From positions 1 to 41,899 of the forward strand of contig VFKD01000033.1 of NCBI GenBank assembly GCA_009885735.1: a DNA stretch of 41,899 nucleotides, written 5' to 3'. Positions 40,653 to 41,899 of this stretch are shown here, piece after piece. This stretch comes from a bacterium. GTDB lineage: Bacteria > Armatimonadota > Chthonomonadetes > Chthonomonadales > CAJBBX01. The notes beneath the pieces were generated by a model. That model had not been told where the DNA came from. It ran no database searches and worked only from the letters and a program-made list of their open reading frames with translations. The position numbers and the translations under genes are program-made. Each line of letters opens with the position of its first letter. Position 1 is the stretch's first letter.

Positions 40653-41899
40653 CTATTTGCTGTACAGGGCTTCCAATGCGTCCCGATGCAGATCGATGAT
40701 CTGCTTGCGCCGCAGCTTTGCAGTGCTGGTCATTGTTCCTTCGGCGGCGCAGAAGGGCTCGGCGAGCAGTACGAATCCCTTAATCTGCTCGAACGGCGCG
40801 AGCCCCGCCAGTGCGTTTGCGATTCGCTCGGCGTACAGGGCGTGGACCGCCGGCAGCTTTACCAGCTCCTCCGCGCTCCGCTCCGGAAGCCCATTTGTCG
40901 TGGCCCAGGCCAGCAACTGCGGTTTCGCCGGCACCACCAGCGCGGTGAGATACTTTTTTCCGTCGCCGTAGATGCAGGCGTGCTCGATGTATGAGTCGAA
41001 TCCGAGCAGCCCCTCGATAAGCTGAGGCGCGATGTTCTTGCCGTAACTCGAGACGAAGATGTCCTTCTTCCGGTCGGTGATGAAGAGGAATCCCTCGTCA
41101 TCCATCCGTCCGACGTCACCGGTATGGAACCAGCCCTCCGAGTCGATTGCTTCGGCGGTGGCACTCGGCTTGTTCCAATAGCCCTTCATAATGTGCGGGC
41201 CGCGAGAGAGAATCTCTCCGTCCGGCGCAATCTTCACCTCGACTCGCTCTATAAGCGTTCCGGCCGCGCCATACTTCGAATGGCCGTCACAGCTCATGGA
41301 GATTACTGGGCTCGTCTCCGTCAGCCCGTAGCCCTGATAAAGAGGTACGCCCGCCTCAAAGAAGAACCGCGCGATCTCGGGGGAGAGCGCGGCGCCGCCT
41401 CCGCTGCACCAGCGCAATCTTCCACCCAGAACATTCCGAAGCCCGTTCCTGTCTCCGGCATCCATCCTGTCTCTCGCGGCTGAAACCAGCTTCTCGTACA
41501 CGCGCGGTACGCCGCTCATATAGTGAGGCCGCACCTCCTGAAGGTTGAGCCCCAACGTATCGATGCTCTCGGCAAGAGCCAGTGATCGTTGGATGGAGAA
41601 CCCAACATAGAGGTCGCATGTGCGGGCGTAAACGTGACTTAGCGGAAGATACACGAGCGTAACGGCCTGCTCTCCTAGGTCTTCAGGCGGTAGGCGAGCA
41701 ATCATCGCGTCCACGTTGGAGACAAAGTTGGAGTGCGTTAGCATCGCGCCTTTGGACTCGCCCGTGGTGCCCGACGTATAGATGATGGCGGCGATGTCCG
41801 TCGGCTTGGCGTCCCGAATTCGCCGGTTAAGCTCGCCGTCACCGCGTTCGTATTCGGACTTGCCGGTCGCCAGCAGGTCGGTGTAAGCCGTCACCGCCG
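40653..41899 (-). CDS. fadD: Long-chain fatty acid-CoA ligase (AMP-dependent synthetase), 5' end outside the window
   Basis: AMP-binding signature IIYTSGTTGESKGAMLTHSNF, plus YGLTETSP, GWFHTGDVG and the C-terminal lysine region (TAKLRRKQI). The ORF remains open to the window edge. Confidence 0.9.
   Translation of the reverse strand, partial: AVTAYTDLLATGKSEYERGDGELNRRIRDAKPTDIAAIIYTSGTTGESKGAMLTHSNFVSNVDAMIARLPPEDLGEQAVTLVYLPLSHVYARTCDLYVGFSIQRSLALAESIDTLGLNLQEVRPHYMSGVPRVYEKLVSAARDRMDAGDRNGLRNVLGGRLRWCSGGGAALSPEIARFFFEAGVPLYQGYGLTETSPVISMSCDGHSKYGAAGTLIERVEVKIAPDGEILSRGPHIMKGYWNKPSATAEAIDSEGWFHTGDVGRMDDEGFLFITDRKKDIFVSSYGKNIAPQLIEGLLGFDSYIEHACIYGDGKKYLTALVVPAKPQLLAWATTNGLPERSAEELVKLPAVHALYAERIANALAGLAPFEQIKGFVLLAEPFCAAEGTMTSTAKLRRKQIIDLHRDALEALYSK

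Noticed and set aside
40527-40994. A 155-aa plus-strand ORF beginning [27 protein letters not shown].
   Set aside because: Its first ~28 codons are simply the translated remnant copy of the fadA 3' end, whose stop codon mutated (TAG to TAC). The rest runs antisense into fadD. It is a relic, not a gene.

Overview
GC-rich (by eye) chromosomal segment from a diderm bacterium; the lineage cannot be assigned without a database search. (1) 1.6-10.7 kb is an Rhs/YD-repeat polymorphic-toxin island. It holds an orphan Rhs C-terminal cassette fused to an M15/LAS-type peptidoglycan peptidase domain, with a candidate immunity gene bearing a signal peptide. It also holds a complete 1852-aa Rhs protein with an unassignable ~213-aa Cys-rich tail, followed by a membrane-anchored ankyrin-repeat immunity candidate, and a truncated second copy of the Rhs N-terminus. 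(2) atpD-atpC follow, without the rest of the atp operon. (3) 12953-16346 is a compact four-gene operon and my best candidate for an undescribed system. A Rad50/SbcC-type ATPase is split just after a CPVCG hook-like motif into separate N-lobe and C-lobe genes, with an Mre11/SbcD-type phosphoesterase and a small coiled-coil protein encoded between the halves. (4) 16.5-30.6 kb is a minus-strand type II secretion/pseudopilus cluster: gspC/pilP-like, E, F, G, H, I, J, K, a pilM-pilN fusion, pilO-like, a second gspC/pilP-like gene, and a giant Gly-rich secretin. (5) ytxH-like, a sigma-70 factor and zwf follow. (6) The last block is fatty-acid beta-oxidation (fadN-like, fadA, convergent fadD) invaded by three PIN-domain toxin-antitoxin cassettes, two of them bracketed by duplicated copies of the host gene's 3' end. 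A ~55-nt repeat family (CCGCTC.TCCTGAGC...GCAGTCGAAGG) occurs at four loci, once as an in-frame 168-nt insertion in the orphan Rhs ORF. I saw no rRNA or tRNA genes, CRISPR arrays, transposases or integrases. All functional calls come from motif recognition by eye; no searches were run.
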